Source: Klebsormidium nitens
Taxonomy: Eukaryota; Plantae; Klebsormidiophyceae
Assembly: GCA_000708835.1 (NCBI GenBank)
Contig: DF237155.1
Span: 1-64,000, forward strand
Direction: 5' to 3'
DNA length: 64,000 nt
The notes beneath the pieces were generated by a model, which saw nothing but the letters and a program-made list of their open reading frames with translations, searched no databases and was not told the DNA's origin. This document shows positions 22,688 to 35,399 of this stretch, piece by piece. A program made the position numbers and the translations under genes. Numbering within the stretch: the stretch's first letter is position 1; every line of letters begins with the position of its first letter.

Positions 22688-25600
22688 TCATCCATCCAGC
22701 CTCAGCTCAAAGCCCGCGAGGCCCACCTTCTGCAGGTGCTTGAAGTGCGACTTCAAGCCTTCCCAGAACTGCAGGCAGAGAACGTTCGAGCATTATGCAC
22801 CCGTGCATGCGCCAAACACCGTCAGAAAGTGTGCACCGTTCACATACATTCCCGAAGAGCGGCTCAACTGCGACTGAACTGGTTTGCTCCGGCCGCGCAG
22901 ATGGTGAGAGAAGGCGGACAATACTCACTGTTGGGAAGCAGTGGTAGGGGACGTCAAACTCCGTGCATGTCTGCCGCACAATGGGTGCAATGGCCGGGTA
23001 GTAAAAGTGGCAGAAGCCGGGGAACAAGTGGTGCTCGACCTGTACAAGGAAAGCCAGCGAACAATCAGCCCCCAGAAATGAAAATGCGGCATGCGAGCTG
23101 CCAAGCAGATTACTGTTGTACATCATGTGAGTTGGGTCGACGAACGTCGACTCCGGTCGGGAGGCTCTTGCAAGGGCCACCCATGCGCAGTGCCTGATGG
23201 AATCCCGTATGGAACCCAGTCACTAAGACGTGGCAGAAAGCACTGGTGGCCCAACAATGCGGTGCTCGACGACAAGTCACGACGCATCGTCTTTTCTCCT
23301 AGCAAGGCCCCTAGGTCACCCCTAACTTCTGCCACACCACCCCCTGGCCCCGGGCCCTCACCTGGTAGCTCAGGCCCCCGCTGAAGTGCAGCCAGAAGAA
23401 GGACCCCGGGCAGAAGTCTGCGGTGGTGGCCACCTGCGCCTTGGCCCAGTCGAACTCCACCCGGTTGTGGCCGTCCGCCGTCGGCTTGGCCTGCGGGTAG
23501 TCCACCTCGTCCACCAGGTGCGCCACTTGGAACAGCAGCGCCAGCGTCCACCCAGTGATCAACTGCACACGACGGCACAAGGTCAAATCGCAGCCGGGAA
23601 CGGGAAGGAGTGGGCCAAAATAAAAGGATTGATGGGTGATGTCGCAAATGGCAATCAAAGAGCGCGGCAGGGCCCGACAAATCCCTCTTAGTAGGAACTG
23701 CGAATCAAGACTGGATTCATTACCACGGAAGTCAGGTATTCGGCAAGGATTCGAAGATACGAGCACGCTGTAGCGGATCGGGGTCCTGGCTCAACCTTGG
23801 CAGTTCGAGATTTGCAGCCCTGTACCCGGAGTCAGAGGACGCACCTGCGACAGGACGTAGAGGAGCGCGATCTTCCAGCCGGGGTGTGGGCTGTAGACTG
23901 CGGGGAGAACCAGCATGTAGAGGAAGTAGAATGCTTTGGTGCCCCAGAAACAAGCGGACTCCAGGGGCGTCATGCGAGCAACGCGCACCCTGCGCGTAAA
24001 CACAAAATCACGTCAGGCAAAGTGGCTGACGCATGAATCCGTAATCTGGGTCGATGCCACCATTCTTCTCGAACGGTTCGAAGTATTGAAGAAGAGCATG
24101 GAAGGATGACTACGGCACTCAGAATGCAGCTTCGAAGCCACCCTCGAAACTGAGTCACGAGGCCATGATTCCACAAAACATGATCCCGTGGAAAGCAGTG
24201 GCGTGAACGCAGCTTACGTGCCAATGTGGCCGTCGAAGAAGGCCTTGAAGTCGTCCAGGAAGACGCTCTTGAGGGCGAGCAGGCCGTACAGAACGCCCAG
24301 GTACAAATGCTGCAGGAGCGACACGGAAAAAATATATATGATGTGGGGGAAGCAACTCTGGGGCGTCATCAAAGGCTCACTCCTCCACTCGCAAGGCAGA
24401 TCTTGTTGACGTTTGAATATGGCTCTCAAATGGATGAAAGCCGGACAGTCCTTGAAACGAGCACGTTGACAATCGACTGAGCATCTCGAACCCTTAAGCG
24501 AATGGCAGTCAACCTGGCAGTATATTAAACTGTGCGGAACAAGCACAGAGACAAAGACAGATGAGTAATCCGAGAGAGCGATACATGTAAAGCTCTCAAA
24601 GCAGATGCGAAAACAAAACAGGTGGTTGCACCTACTTGGTACTTGTGATAGCTCTGCCCGGGCTGCGCGTTAGAACACCGCCGGACATCCGGATCGTCCA
24701 CTCCTGAAAACACAGCGGAATCGGTGAATGTTGGGCGGAAGAAGGGAAACGATCGAAAGGAAACCGGCGACGTGCACAGGGGACAATATTTGAAAGCGGA
24801 CACAACAGTGATACCCAGAACCAACACTGTTTGAGTAAAGTTCGTCAGTTCAACAAGCCTTCGACCAGGGCTCCCAAGAGCGGAAAAGCAAAGCACGAAA
24901 ACGAGCTTACGCATGTCCGGGTCGTAATTGTCGATGTTGGTGTATGCATGGTGCCCGACCACGTGCTGCTGTCTCCACATGAAACTGCAGAAAGAAAGGC
25001 CGGGGCAGACTCTGTCAGTAGCATGCACTCTGCTTGAGGATGGGGTACTTCAGAGACGCGGATTGCTATCCGAAGCAAAGGTTCTGGAACCTGAGTCAGG
25101 TAAGATCGGGTGATCCCTTTCAAGATCGACTAAATCAAGCAACGTCGACCCCATCCTGTTGCCACTCTACACGTCTCTTTTTAAGCTGAACTCCGATGAC
25201 AAAGATCGCAATTCGCTTGGTCCTGTGGGTCAAAGCTACGAGGTCTAGTTGCGACCTCGAAAAACCCTCGTCAAAGCGAAACTGAATCGACAAGCTGGAG
25301 AACAACCTAGGTTCGACATTTCAAAAGCCAGGGGCAAGAGGCTAATCACGCAGACGTTGCAGATGGTTACTCGCGTCGCCCTTGATAGGCAATGGTAACC
25401 GGAAATGATGGGCCTGGAAGTGGACACTCGAACATAGCTCCCACAGAAAGAGTAGGGTACTTGCAAAAATAAACCTCCATCCCAGTCATCCCATACCTGC
25501 TGGCGCCCACAAGGTCCAGAGTAAGGCTCATCACGTAGCCAAGCCCCAGAGATTCGGTGTAAGCTCCTGCAGGAGAAGAAGTTGACCGTAAGCCACGCTT

Positions 25601-27607
25601 CCCAAGGTGAAAAGGCCAAATCTCATCGCAGGCGCCCCACTTGGAACTTTCACGACGTTCTTTGACAGCTTCACAGCCGAAGAAGTGCCTGGCCTCACGG
25701 AGCTCTCCGTGAGTTCGTCTATTGTTTAGACACTGATTAAGAGCTGAGCAAAACTCTGACTCCATCATGCATTTCAACGTTTCTTCTCCTCAAACTTCCA
25801 AAGAAAGAATTTATCCCAGCTAGATGACAAAATCATCGAACGCTTGCTTACGTGCTCTTTGAGATCCAGACGTTCAGAAGCTCTGTGGGTCTAAGGAAGT
25901 GACTCAGCCCAGCTGGAAGAACAGCCGGTGTAGAAACTTCTGGAAATTTATATCCGTCCAGGCGTCAATTTCTGGACCTGAGGGCGCAGATTGTGCAAGT
26001 AAAAGTGCTCTCTTCCTTTGTCAGGGTCTAACTTACCATGATTAGCGTCGTGCATGATGGACATGCCAAACTGCGCTGCGAAGGAGCCCATGAGCACTGC
26101 CGCCACCAGGTTGAGCCCCATAGTGGTGAAGCCAAAGAAGGTGGCATAGAAGGACGCCACAAACCCAGCAAGCAGGAGGACTGATTTGATGATCATCCCT
26201 GGATGGTACCTGGGGTTGATCTGCAGGCCAAAGAAAAGAGTATGCTGTGTCGGAAACCTGTGCGGAGAGTACTGCCTTGCATCGGCGCAAGGTGGCTCCT
26301 TTAGGAGAAGAAATTACTCTGGGGCACATGTTGGAGGAAGTTTGCAGTTGATAGGAGACTTGTGTAAGGACTCCACCTTTCAATGAAGTCCATGCATGCT
26401 CTACTGATTCCATAATGGCCAGCTAGAAAGCTGCTTTTGAGCAGAGAACTCACGTTGTTGCTCTTGAAGTAGGCCTCCACCCGCTGTTTGAGGGTGGTGT
26501 AGAAGCCAGAGTCCGACTGGTCATCACAAAACTCCAAGTACTGGGCCCACTCAGAGTCTGGCACTTTGCTGGCGGGGCGCTCTAGCCTACCAATGCAGAA
26601 CTTGTCCAGCATCTTCCTGCATGAGTGAGGAAATTACTTGTTAGGTTGTACCTTGACAAAGCTCATTCGCATTGGCCAGCAGCAGGATCTCAAAAGAGGA
26701 GCTTCACTGGAGCGAACGTCTAAGCAGCAAACACCCCAGCTGAACAGTATCCATTCAGTGACAATCAACAAACAGATACTGTTCCTGGTCAACAACGACA
26801 ACCAACCAATTCACAGAAAGGGCACAAAATTGTTCGCTTTTCAGCAGACCAGGAGAGTGTCCCTTGCACCAGTGTATCCAGCGCACCTGACATAGAGGGG
26901 ATGATATGAGTCGAACAACTGAGTGCAATCGCGGCCAGCCTTCACAAAAATCATGCTGCCGCCAGGATGCTTGGAGACCCTGCAGCACAAGAAACATATC
27001 GCAAGCTCAGACAACAATTTGGAGCTAAAAGAGGTTGGTGCCTCATCAGCACCCACGAATCCACTCTGGGCTGATAGTCTGCTGAGGATCTGCTGTCCCT
27101 GGGTTGATGAAAGTTGCAATCCTGCTAACAATGTTGAAAAACCCTTGCAAGGTGCATCGCCGGCAGCAGTTTTGATAAGTGTGCCTGCCACAGATGTATG
27201 AGCCCAATATCCTGGATCGACCATTCTATGCGTGCCGCATCAAGTCTGGTTGGCAAACGCAGCAACTCTTGCTGGGACGAACAAAAGCTGCAGCATGCAA
27301 AGCCAGTTTAAACCAGTGGGGTGAAATCTGCATAACGGATTCTTATTTGTACTGCCAAGATAGATTGCAAATACCCAAGATCAAGCTGCTGGCAACGATA
27401 TCCAGCTCACCATGTGGAGACATCGTACACTTTACCGCGTATTATCAGCCAGCAATCGTCTGGCTTGTCATGCCCAGCAATCTCTTGCAAAGAATACTGC
27501 TTCTGCACATTGTCAGCCTGCTTGACTTTCCTCCTGCTTGCCAATCCAGCTTGCCGGCTTTCCTCCGCGGCCAATTCATCCTTGAAACGTTCAGCATCAG
27601 GGGCCAT
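22688..27607 (-). CDS. Cytochrome b5-fused front-end fatty-acid desaturase, delta-5 type
   Basis: N-terminal b5 domain ([13 protein letters not shown]...HPGG at about 26958-26969) and three His boxes: HDANH (~26040), QQHVVGHH (~24960) and QVEHHLFP (~23030). Last exon [26 protein letters not shown] with stop at 22688. The box patterns resemble Marchantia/Physcomitrella/Mortierella-type delta-5 desaturases. Confidence 0.92.
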
Positions 27608-28338
27608 GCTTCAAGGTAGACTGGCTTTGATCTGGTCCTGAACTTACTATATCCTGCAGCTATGATGAATGACAGCTCCAACAACTGTCAGAAAACCCAA
27701 CCAGCGCCTGCTTCGATTGACGGTCCCTTTACGATCCAGATCCCAATGTCGTCCCAATCCTTGCCAATAGCTGGCACCAAAAGAGAGCGTCCCCTACTTA
27801 AATTAACTTAGCCTAAGCCTGTGAGGGCAGCTCCTGCCTTAGAAGATTGTAATCAGAAAGCTCCTGGAAGACCTGATCACAGAAGAGGACACGATCAGGA
27901 ACCATCAACAATGACAACAGACAACTGCTTGAGCAGCAGCAAATTGCAATGCCAACGACAACGTAGCGATCCCGTAGCGTCCGAGCTGCCGCACCTCGTG
28001 ACAGTGTAAGATTAACTTTGGTGCACCGTTTGCATGAGATACCCAACTCATCATGCTCACTGGCACATTATACGAAGTGGCCGGTCTTGACTACCGGTAG
28101 TCGAAAGAAGAAGCACAAAATACTTCTTCTACGACACAGGACTGCACAGGACTTGGAAACCGGGGGCTCTGTACATAAGTAGCACTCGTGAATATCTGGG
28201 TACTTGGGTGCTTTCGCCAAATGATTTGGTGCGCAAAGCCGCGCAGCCTGCCAGTGCAAAGCTCAAGAGCACGGCGTCCACTGCCAACAGATCTGGAAAC
28301 CCTCGATTCACAAAGGCGCCTTTGTGTATCCCGTAGTC

Positions 28339-31300
28339 ATGGCTTCCCCTTGGGTTTTTGGCTTGCTCGTGTTGGCCTTTGCTTCCTGCTCTTTGGTGCA
28401 GGCTGATGGAGATGCGGTGGTCCTTACACCTGACAATTTCGACGACAATGTCGGCGGCAGTCAAGCGGCTCTGGTCGAGTTCTATGCTCCGTGGTGTGGT
28501 GAGTCTCATTTCCGCGACATCGATTGCTGTCAACCTAACATGGACACGATTAACCACTTACTTGCAGCTTTGCAATTGCTGATTCTTTGCAAGCGGACCT
28601 TACTTTCTTTTGGTGGATAGTAAGTAGGGAAGACATGGATGCACTTGCATGATGGATACCATGCATAATTGAGGCCGTCACATCAAGCAGGACTACCTGC
28701 ATCTTCATGTGGCAGGCATTGGGATGGGACATGCATTGATTGTGACACTTCAGGAGGACATGCAAACAATTGTACAGGATTGCCCTTGCAAAAGGTACAT
28801 GTTGGAGCTGTCAGCACTTGTCCACACATGTTGGTGATACTGATGATGTGAAGAGCAATTACTTGTGCACTTTCCAGATAAGTATTGCTCAATGTTGCTA
28901 CAGGCCATTGTAAGAAGCTTGCGCCGGAGTGGGAGGTCCTCGGCTCTGCCTTCAAGAAGATTCCTTCTGTCGTGATAGGCAAGGTAGGCCTTCCTTATGT
29001 CCATATCTCTCGTGCCTGCTTTACATCATCTTAGATACAAGTACATGTCAAAGGGGTGTCAATTTCCAAAGGGGTCGCTGGCGCCTTCAGTCATCTGCTG
29101 GAAACCCCTAGTGCTCTCTCGATCCTTGCAGTTGCCCAGTAATGAGACATGTATCTCTTTCTCTAGGTTGACTGTGACGAGCACAAGGACCTGTGCGGGA
29201 AGTTTGGAGTGTCTGGGTTTCCTACAATCAAGTACTTTCCGAAGAACTCTCAGCAGCCGGAAGAGTGAGTTGCCATCAGGGAGCAGGTGCTTTTCGAAAT
29301 GCTGGGTTTGTCTGGACTCAGTTCTGGAGGTCACTGAGTATCTCTTTTTGGCAATAGGCGTGAACCAGGAAGGAAATGCCAAGAGCCAGCGCCTTCTTTG
29401 CCCTTGAGTTCACATGGTTAGAATTTTCTTTATCTTGCGAAGATTAGTTGTGAAGCTAATCATCTATCAAAGTTGAGGAGCTATGGTCATCACGAACGTG
29501 GTTTTTGTAATGCTGGTTGTCTGCAATCGCGAACTTCTGAAAGTTTGGCTTGATACCTCTTTGTCTGTATCTTGACCGCTCTAAGCAGGAGGTAGGGATC
29601 AAGCGCATAGCCTCATGCGTTTCCTTTATCTTGGGCAGCTATTCTGGGGGGCGGACAGCTGACGACCTCATCACGTTTGTGAACCAGAAAGCAGGTGAGA
29701 TAACATGGATGCTTAGCAAGACCTTGTGTCTCATAGGGTGTAATGCATGGCCTTTCTCATTGTGCCTGGTGCTTGTGGGGTGCTACCTTTTCTAGTAGAA
29801 GAACGTCTGCGAGCTGAAGGTTTTGTCGATGAAAAAGCTGGAGGGTTGCTTCATGCAGGAACAAAGGCGAAGGTCAAGAAGGAACCATCTTACGTGACAA
29901 TCCTGGACAAGAGCAGCTTCGAGAAGATTGTGTTGGATCCTTCGAAGAATGTTCTTGTGGAATTCTACGCTCCATGGTGAGGCCAGTACAGTGCAGTGCA
30001 TGTTATCAATAATTGGTATGTGGATCTATGCATTAAAATGAGGCCGGGCTGAATCTGAGGGGGTGCTTCGACAGGGTGAGTTGGTGTTGACGACTTTGCA
30101 GCTTTTGAGGTTAGGCATTCCTTAGGAGAACATCGCTGGTCATTCTGTTCGTGTCTGCCCGGAAACATATTAATCATTGGCCGTAAAAGAAGTGTTTGCT
30201 AATCAAAGGAACGTTTATTGCCATGGTCACTGTTAGTTCTTCCTGAACCCTCTGAGACTGAGAACCGCACCTGTCCTTGTCCTTGTTCACGTTTTTGATA
30301 GTCTAAGCCATTGCCGTAATCCAGCAGGAAGAAAAGCAGCTTATACTTTGCTACCATCTCACAGGTGCGGTCACTGCAAGTCTCTGGCTCCAACGTATGA
30401 GCAGCTCGCCAAGGTGTATGCGGGAGAGCCCAACGTCGTGATTGCCAACCTGGACGCAGACAACGCTGACCATAAGGATTTGGCCTCAAAGTACGTAACC
30501 ACTCACTGTCTGGCTGTCTGTCTCATAGGATGCATTTGGAAACCTCAAGAGATATGATCTGCTTTGCTCCTGCTCTTTCGTGCTCGTATTGAATGTTTTC
30601 CAGACTTCATGAATATCACCACTGCTCACCAGGACTGTGCTTCTGCTTTTGAGGTTCTGATCGAAGGCTTGATGACTTGTCATTTCTTGCTTGACGCTCA
30701 GGTACGGCGTGTCTGGCTTCCCCACCTTGATGTGGTTCTCTGCGGATGACAAGGAACCTGTTCGTTACGAGAGCGGCAGGGATCTGGCCTCGTTCGTCTC
30801 CTACATTAATGAGAAGGCAGGGACCCACAGAACCGAGTCTGGCGGGTTGACAGACGAGGTGAGGTCTTATTGCCCATAACCCTGTCATAAGGAGGGCCTT
30901 ATGTGCGCAGGCTTCGTACGGTTTCGAGTTCAAAGCGCCAGTAAAGAGAAGCAAGGCTACTCTTCTGACGTGAGATGTTCACTGCTCCGTGTTTGGCTGC
31001 GACATAAGCATCTTTCTTGGCAGTTGCCTGCGTGTGACTGACCCTCTGTGGTCTTTGCTAAATCTGCTGTGCATGATTGGTTGTGCAGGCGGGCGTTGTT
31101 GAGTCTCTGACAGAGACGGTGAAAGACTTTCTGGCGGCTGGATCAGACACGAGGCAGGACATCTACGACAAGGCGGTAGAGGCAGTCAAGACGCTGACTA
31201 GCACCCAAGTACCGTAAGCGCCCCGCCTTTTGCCATCCGACGTTTTGCTGAACCTCTCGGCAATTTCATCCGTTCGATTGATTTTGTTCGTGGCTCCCCA

Positions 31301-32261
31301 AATTGCTTGCACGGAAATAACTTGCTCGAAAGCATACAAGCTGCCGAATGCGTTTTTTGACGTCCGTTCTGTCCTTACTTCCTCTTTTGGGTCCTGCATA
31401 TCCAGTCTAATCTTCCACAGCGAAGTACGTCATCGTTGACCCGATGTATTCTCCTCCTTGTTTGATAAAGTGTGTGTGCACGTGCAGCTATGGGCAGACG
31501 TACTTGAAGATCATGAAGAGCATTCTCGACAAGGGCTCTGAGTACGTCACTAAGGAGTCAGGCAGGCTGGAGCGTCTGCTCAAGGTAAGCCATCGTCATG
31601 GTGTGGTTCTCCGACCAGCCGAGCTGAGCGGTTCACCAAAACTGTCCGACCCATTCGCTATTCCATTCTGACGTTAAAGTGGACTGAATATCGTTAAAGA
31701 CCAGTCAGGTCGTAGAAGGTGTCTGGAGACTTAGTAATGCTCTCGTTATGCTGCAAGTTGCTCTAATACGGGATTGGAAAGGCCTTTTTGAGTCGTCAGA
31801 CCGCAGGTTGCCAACTCGGGTTTCGGGGGGGTGCATGGCAGGACAAGGAATGGGGGATGTACTAGTGCAGCAATCCTCGTACTTCCGAAAAGATTGACTG
31901 TTGTAGGCTGTAGAGTGTGATTGCGCTCTTTGTAGTCTTGCAAGAGCAGGAAAGGACGGCCAGGAGCAGGAAAGGACGGACATCAAAATAATAGTTACCA
32001 TGTTGAGAAGCGGTTGCAGTCGGACGTGTTACCGAATTTGATTCGGTTGGGGCAATTGTATGCGACTCCCTTGCAATGAATATTCTTAAGAGTGAATTGT
32101 CAATGCAATCAGTGTCGATCCGTTGTTAGTCATTTTGGGTTCGCTTTTCACCATTCTACTGGATGTTGATTTCGTGCGCCTCTTGCTTGCAGACGACGCT
32201 GAGCCCGCAGAAGGAGACCGAGTTCTCCATTAGGAAGAACATCCTGAGGCTGTTCAACTGA
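28339..32261 (+). CDS. PDIL2-1: Protein disulfide isomerase, a-a'-D (ERp29c) type (PDIL2-1/ERp38-like)
   Basis: Signal peptide [22 protein letters not shown], then two thioredoxin domains each with FYAPWCGHCK (split by introns). C-terminal ERp29-like helical domain [31 protein letters not shown]...RKNILRLFN*. Stop at 32259-32261. Confidence 0.95.
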
Positions 32262-33179
32262 TAGAAAGGCAATCGGCGAGATGGGTCGTAAAGTCAAGTA
32301 GACAGTCGGAGCAGGAAGCAGTGGAGGTTGCAGGGTTAGGCAGTGGCATGCCAGACGGTGTTCTCACTTCTGAATATCGCGGTTTCGCCAGCGTGGCAGG
32401 ATTGACGAAAAGTTTCATTTGCTCCACACTCTTTGTTCTTGGTGTATGATCTGGCAGTGGGATACAACATGCACTCAGGAAGTATCCCGAAAGTTGTGAA
32501 GTTTCTCAATACGAGCTGCCACTACATGCACCATAAGCTGGGACCAATCCGGGCTTTTCTTTGGGGGGAGCATGCTGACAGCCACTGGATAGCCGAATTT
32601 GTGATGATGTTTTGCAGGACGCGCATTTCGTATCTACTTTGATATACTGTAACATACCCCGCTAACTGCAAGGGAATTGGAGCCGCCAGCTGCAAACTTG
32701 ACATTTGTCAGCATGAAGAGCCAGCTACATATGCCATTCATTGAAGTCGCGACGCCGCGAGTTGGCTGCAAGCAGCTATGTCCTGCATGTGTCTTTAGTT
32801 GCTAATTTAACTGCAGCTAGCTCAATCTCAATGCTGCCGCTCCGAGCACTCACGAGTCATGATGCTGTAGAGAATCTTGTGTGGACCTTAATCAAATGAT
32901 TGCTTTTACGCGCAAATGCTAATATAGAAATGCCACTTGTGCATGCTCGAAATGGTAATGCCATATTTTGCGCATGTACCAAAATCGTGGCCGGTGCACC
33001 AGACGGGATTTTGGGCGACAATTCTAGCTTGACTGCAACATGCATGCCTGCCTGCCCGCCTGTCAAACCAGTATCAGGCAAAATGCATACGTGCCAAAGC
33101 GACAAACATTTTAGATTGCTTCCTAAGCTTATACCTAGACAGATGTAGATTTCGTAATGTACAAGGTTGACTCGTCTAT

Positions 33180-34755
33180 TCAAAACACCACAGCTATGCT
33201 CTTTGCCTCCGTTAGAAGCTCGTTGTAATCCGTCTTGAATTGAGTGGCTTCATCTTCGGGCACATCCTCTTTTGGTGGCTTCGGCAGGATAAGCATGCAA
33301 CTCGTGGGGCGCTTCGTGAGCCCTGCGGTGCCAAGGTCCTGCAAGCACAGCACAGATCAAAACTTCTGTTGCTGTCTGTAAGTGCACAAGTGCTACAAGA
33401 TACAAAAACGATGACCCGAAAAACTGCAGGGGCAAATCTTCTTATTAAGTAGGGTAGGCTGGTTTTGTCAGCAGTGCCAACGCTGTTGTGCCTGGACTTG
33501 CAGCGTTAAGGCCTCAACCTCTAGCTTGCAAGGGTTTTTTCTCCTCGACTCAGTCTTGCTTGACAAGAGGGCTGTGTCGAACCATCGTTTGTCGAAGGCT
33601 TTGTACAGAGAATAGATCTGCAGCCGCGACCCAATATTTGTTGCTGATCACTTCAGGCAGATTGCCTTGATGGAACAAGAAGTGATTACATTGCATTGTC
33701 AAGCAAAAGCGCTTTGCGGTAAATCAAGAGAGCGAACCGTTCTGCCTCACCTCTTTTGATGGAACATAGTAGTATGGAACATCTTGTTCCTCACACAGGA
33801 TCGGAACGTGGCTGATAACATCGATGGGCGAAATGTCGCCCGCTATCAGTACCAACCTGGTGCACAAAACGAAAATGTGATTCTTAAAAACAACGATGTT
33901 GTAGGCATCTGCCTCAAGTAGCCGGTGGGACTCTCTATTAACACTTGGATCTGCAAACGACCTTCAACCTTACATATAATGTGCAATCGAGTGCCGTGCA
34001 ATATGCACTGCTCAACGAGGCCCACTCTTTGACAGCCAGTGCAATTGTGTCCAGTGCAGATTGATGGCGCTTACTGGCTTGGAAATATAAAGAGAGACCT
34101 CGGCAGCTTTTTGATTCAAAAAGAAAATCCTTGCAGATACTGCTTGCTGCTTCGGCCAAAAGATGGGCTTCTCCACCACTTGGCTTCTGAATGGCACTCA
34201 CCCCTTGGTTCCCTTCCGCAATGCTTTTACAACCTCTTTAACGCCTCGCTTCAACTGCTTATGTTTGGCAGCTGCAGCAGATAAGAGCATGTCAGCCCAG
34301 CTGCCCTAGGAAACAAGAAAGGGGCTGCGACTGAAAGGGCATCAACTGTATTTACAGTCCGATAGCATATTGTTTCCAAGCCAGATGTCTGAATCGATCT
34401 GCCCCACAGCCGCCAATCTGCATTGCTGCCAAGCATGCACTCGTCACACAAGCCTTTCCATAATGGTGGTAAAAGAGGTGATGGGTCTGCAAGCAAACCC
34501 TAATTCTAACGGTAATGGTTCCATCAACAAGCACAAAGACCCATGTGGTTCCTGGTGTTCCAGCTTGACCATCTTTTGCTTTAAATGACCAGCATTGTGG
34601 TTATACACTTGGCTGAGGTGCATAAAGGCCTCACCTTTCTTTACTAGCTTGAGCGACTTCTTGCTCAGCTTTTTACCCGCCAGAGGCTTCGCTATTGGTG
34701 CTAAGCCCACCTTCCGCTTCTCCTTTTTCACCTCCTTCTCATCATCACTGCCCAT
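33180..34755 (-). CDS. NHP2: H/ACA snoRNP subunit NHP2 (L7Ae family), 4 exons
   Basis: MGSDDEKEVKKEKRKVGLAPIAKPLAGKKLSKKSLKLVKK|AAKHKQLKRGVKEVVKALRKGTKG|LVLIAGDISPIDVISHVPILCEEQDVPYYYVPSKE|DLGTAGLTKRPTSCMLILPKP...AVVF*. Confidence 0.95.
34495..34503 (+). promoter_or_regulatory. Possible telo-box (AAACCCTAA) in intron 1 of NHP2
   Basis: Exact AAACCCTAA match. Telo-boxes are known from the 5' regions of plant ribosome-biogenesis genes. A single 9-mer could also occur by chance. Confidence 0.3.
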
Positions 34756-35399
34756 CGCGCACCACCACCAAAAACCTCCTTCAGTAAGCTCCTCTCCTTT
34801 CTCAGCAATGCAGAACACTGCCCAACCTAGACGTGTGGACTTGGGGTGACCGCCGCTCCAATGCTCCTGGGGTCTTGAGGTCACAGAAATGTTCCGTGTT
34901 CACAAGCCCGAATTTTAACTCACAGTGCACACATGCTCTCATTTCAAGGAAGAGTTGAAAAGCTGGCCCGATCGATATGTGGCACTGCGTCAGTAGCAGA
35001 GATCTGAGATCTGGGATTCTGTTTGCCCACGCTTCTTTGCTGCGTCGATAGTCCGCACCGGGCGCCGGAGAGGGTGGTGCTTCGATTCCGATTCCATTGA
35101 GCGCCTAGTTCTGCAATCGGGCTTCTAAAACTCCACTGTCCAGACAGAAAGAGGAAGTCGATAGGCTCCGCTAGTGCACGACCAGCAACCAGCTCAGGCT
35201 GCTTCCATTTGGGCTCCCACAATGGCCGCATGACAACACCCTCGCAACATTCATTTGACGCTCCATATCAGTGGTGGTTTAGAAGTCTTGCAGAAGAACA
35301 ACACATAGCCCTCGATCCACCTCGATCTCGGGGCTGGACCAATGCGGGGCTCTTAAGCGACATATTTGAGGTTTTCAGAGAGTGTCCGCTTTTCTTACA

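Noticed and set aside
32190-32261. PDI lacking a C-terminal KDEL/HDEL
   Set aside because: This is normal for the a-a'-D (PDIL2-1/ERp38) subfamily, so it is not novel.
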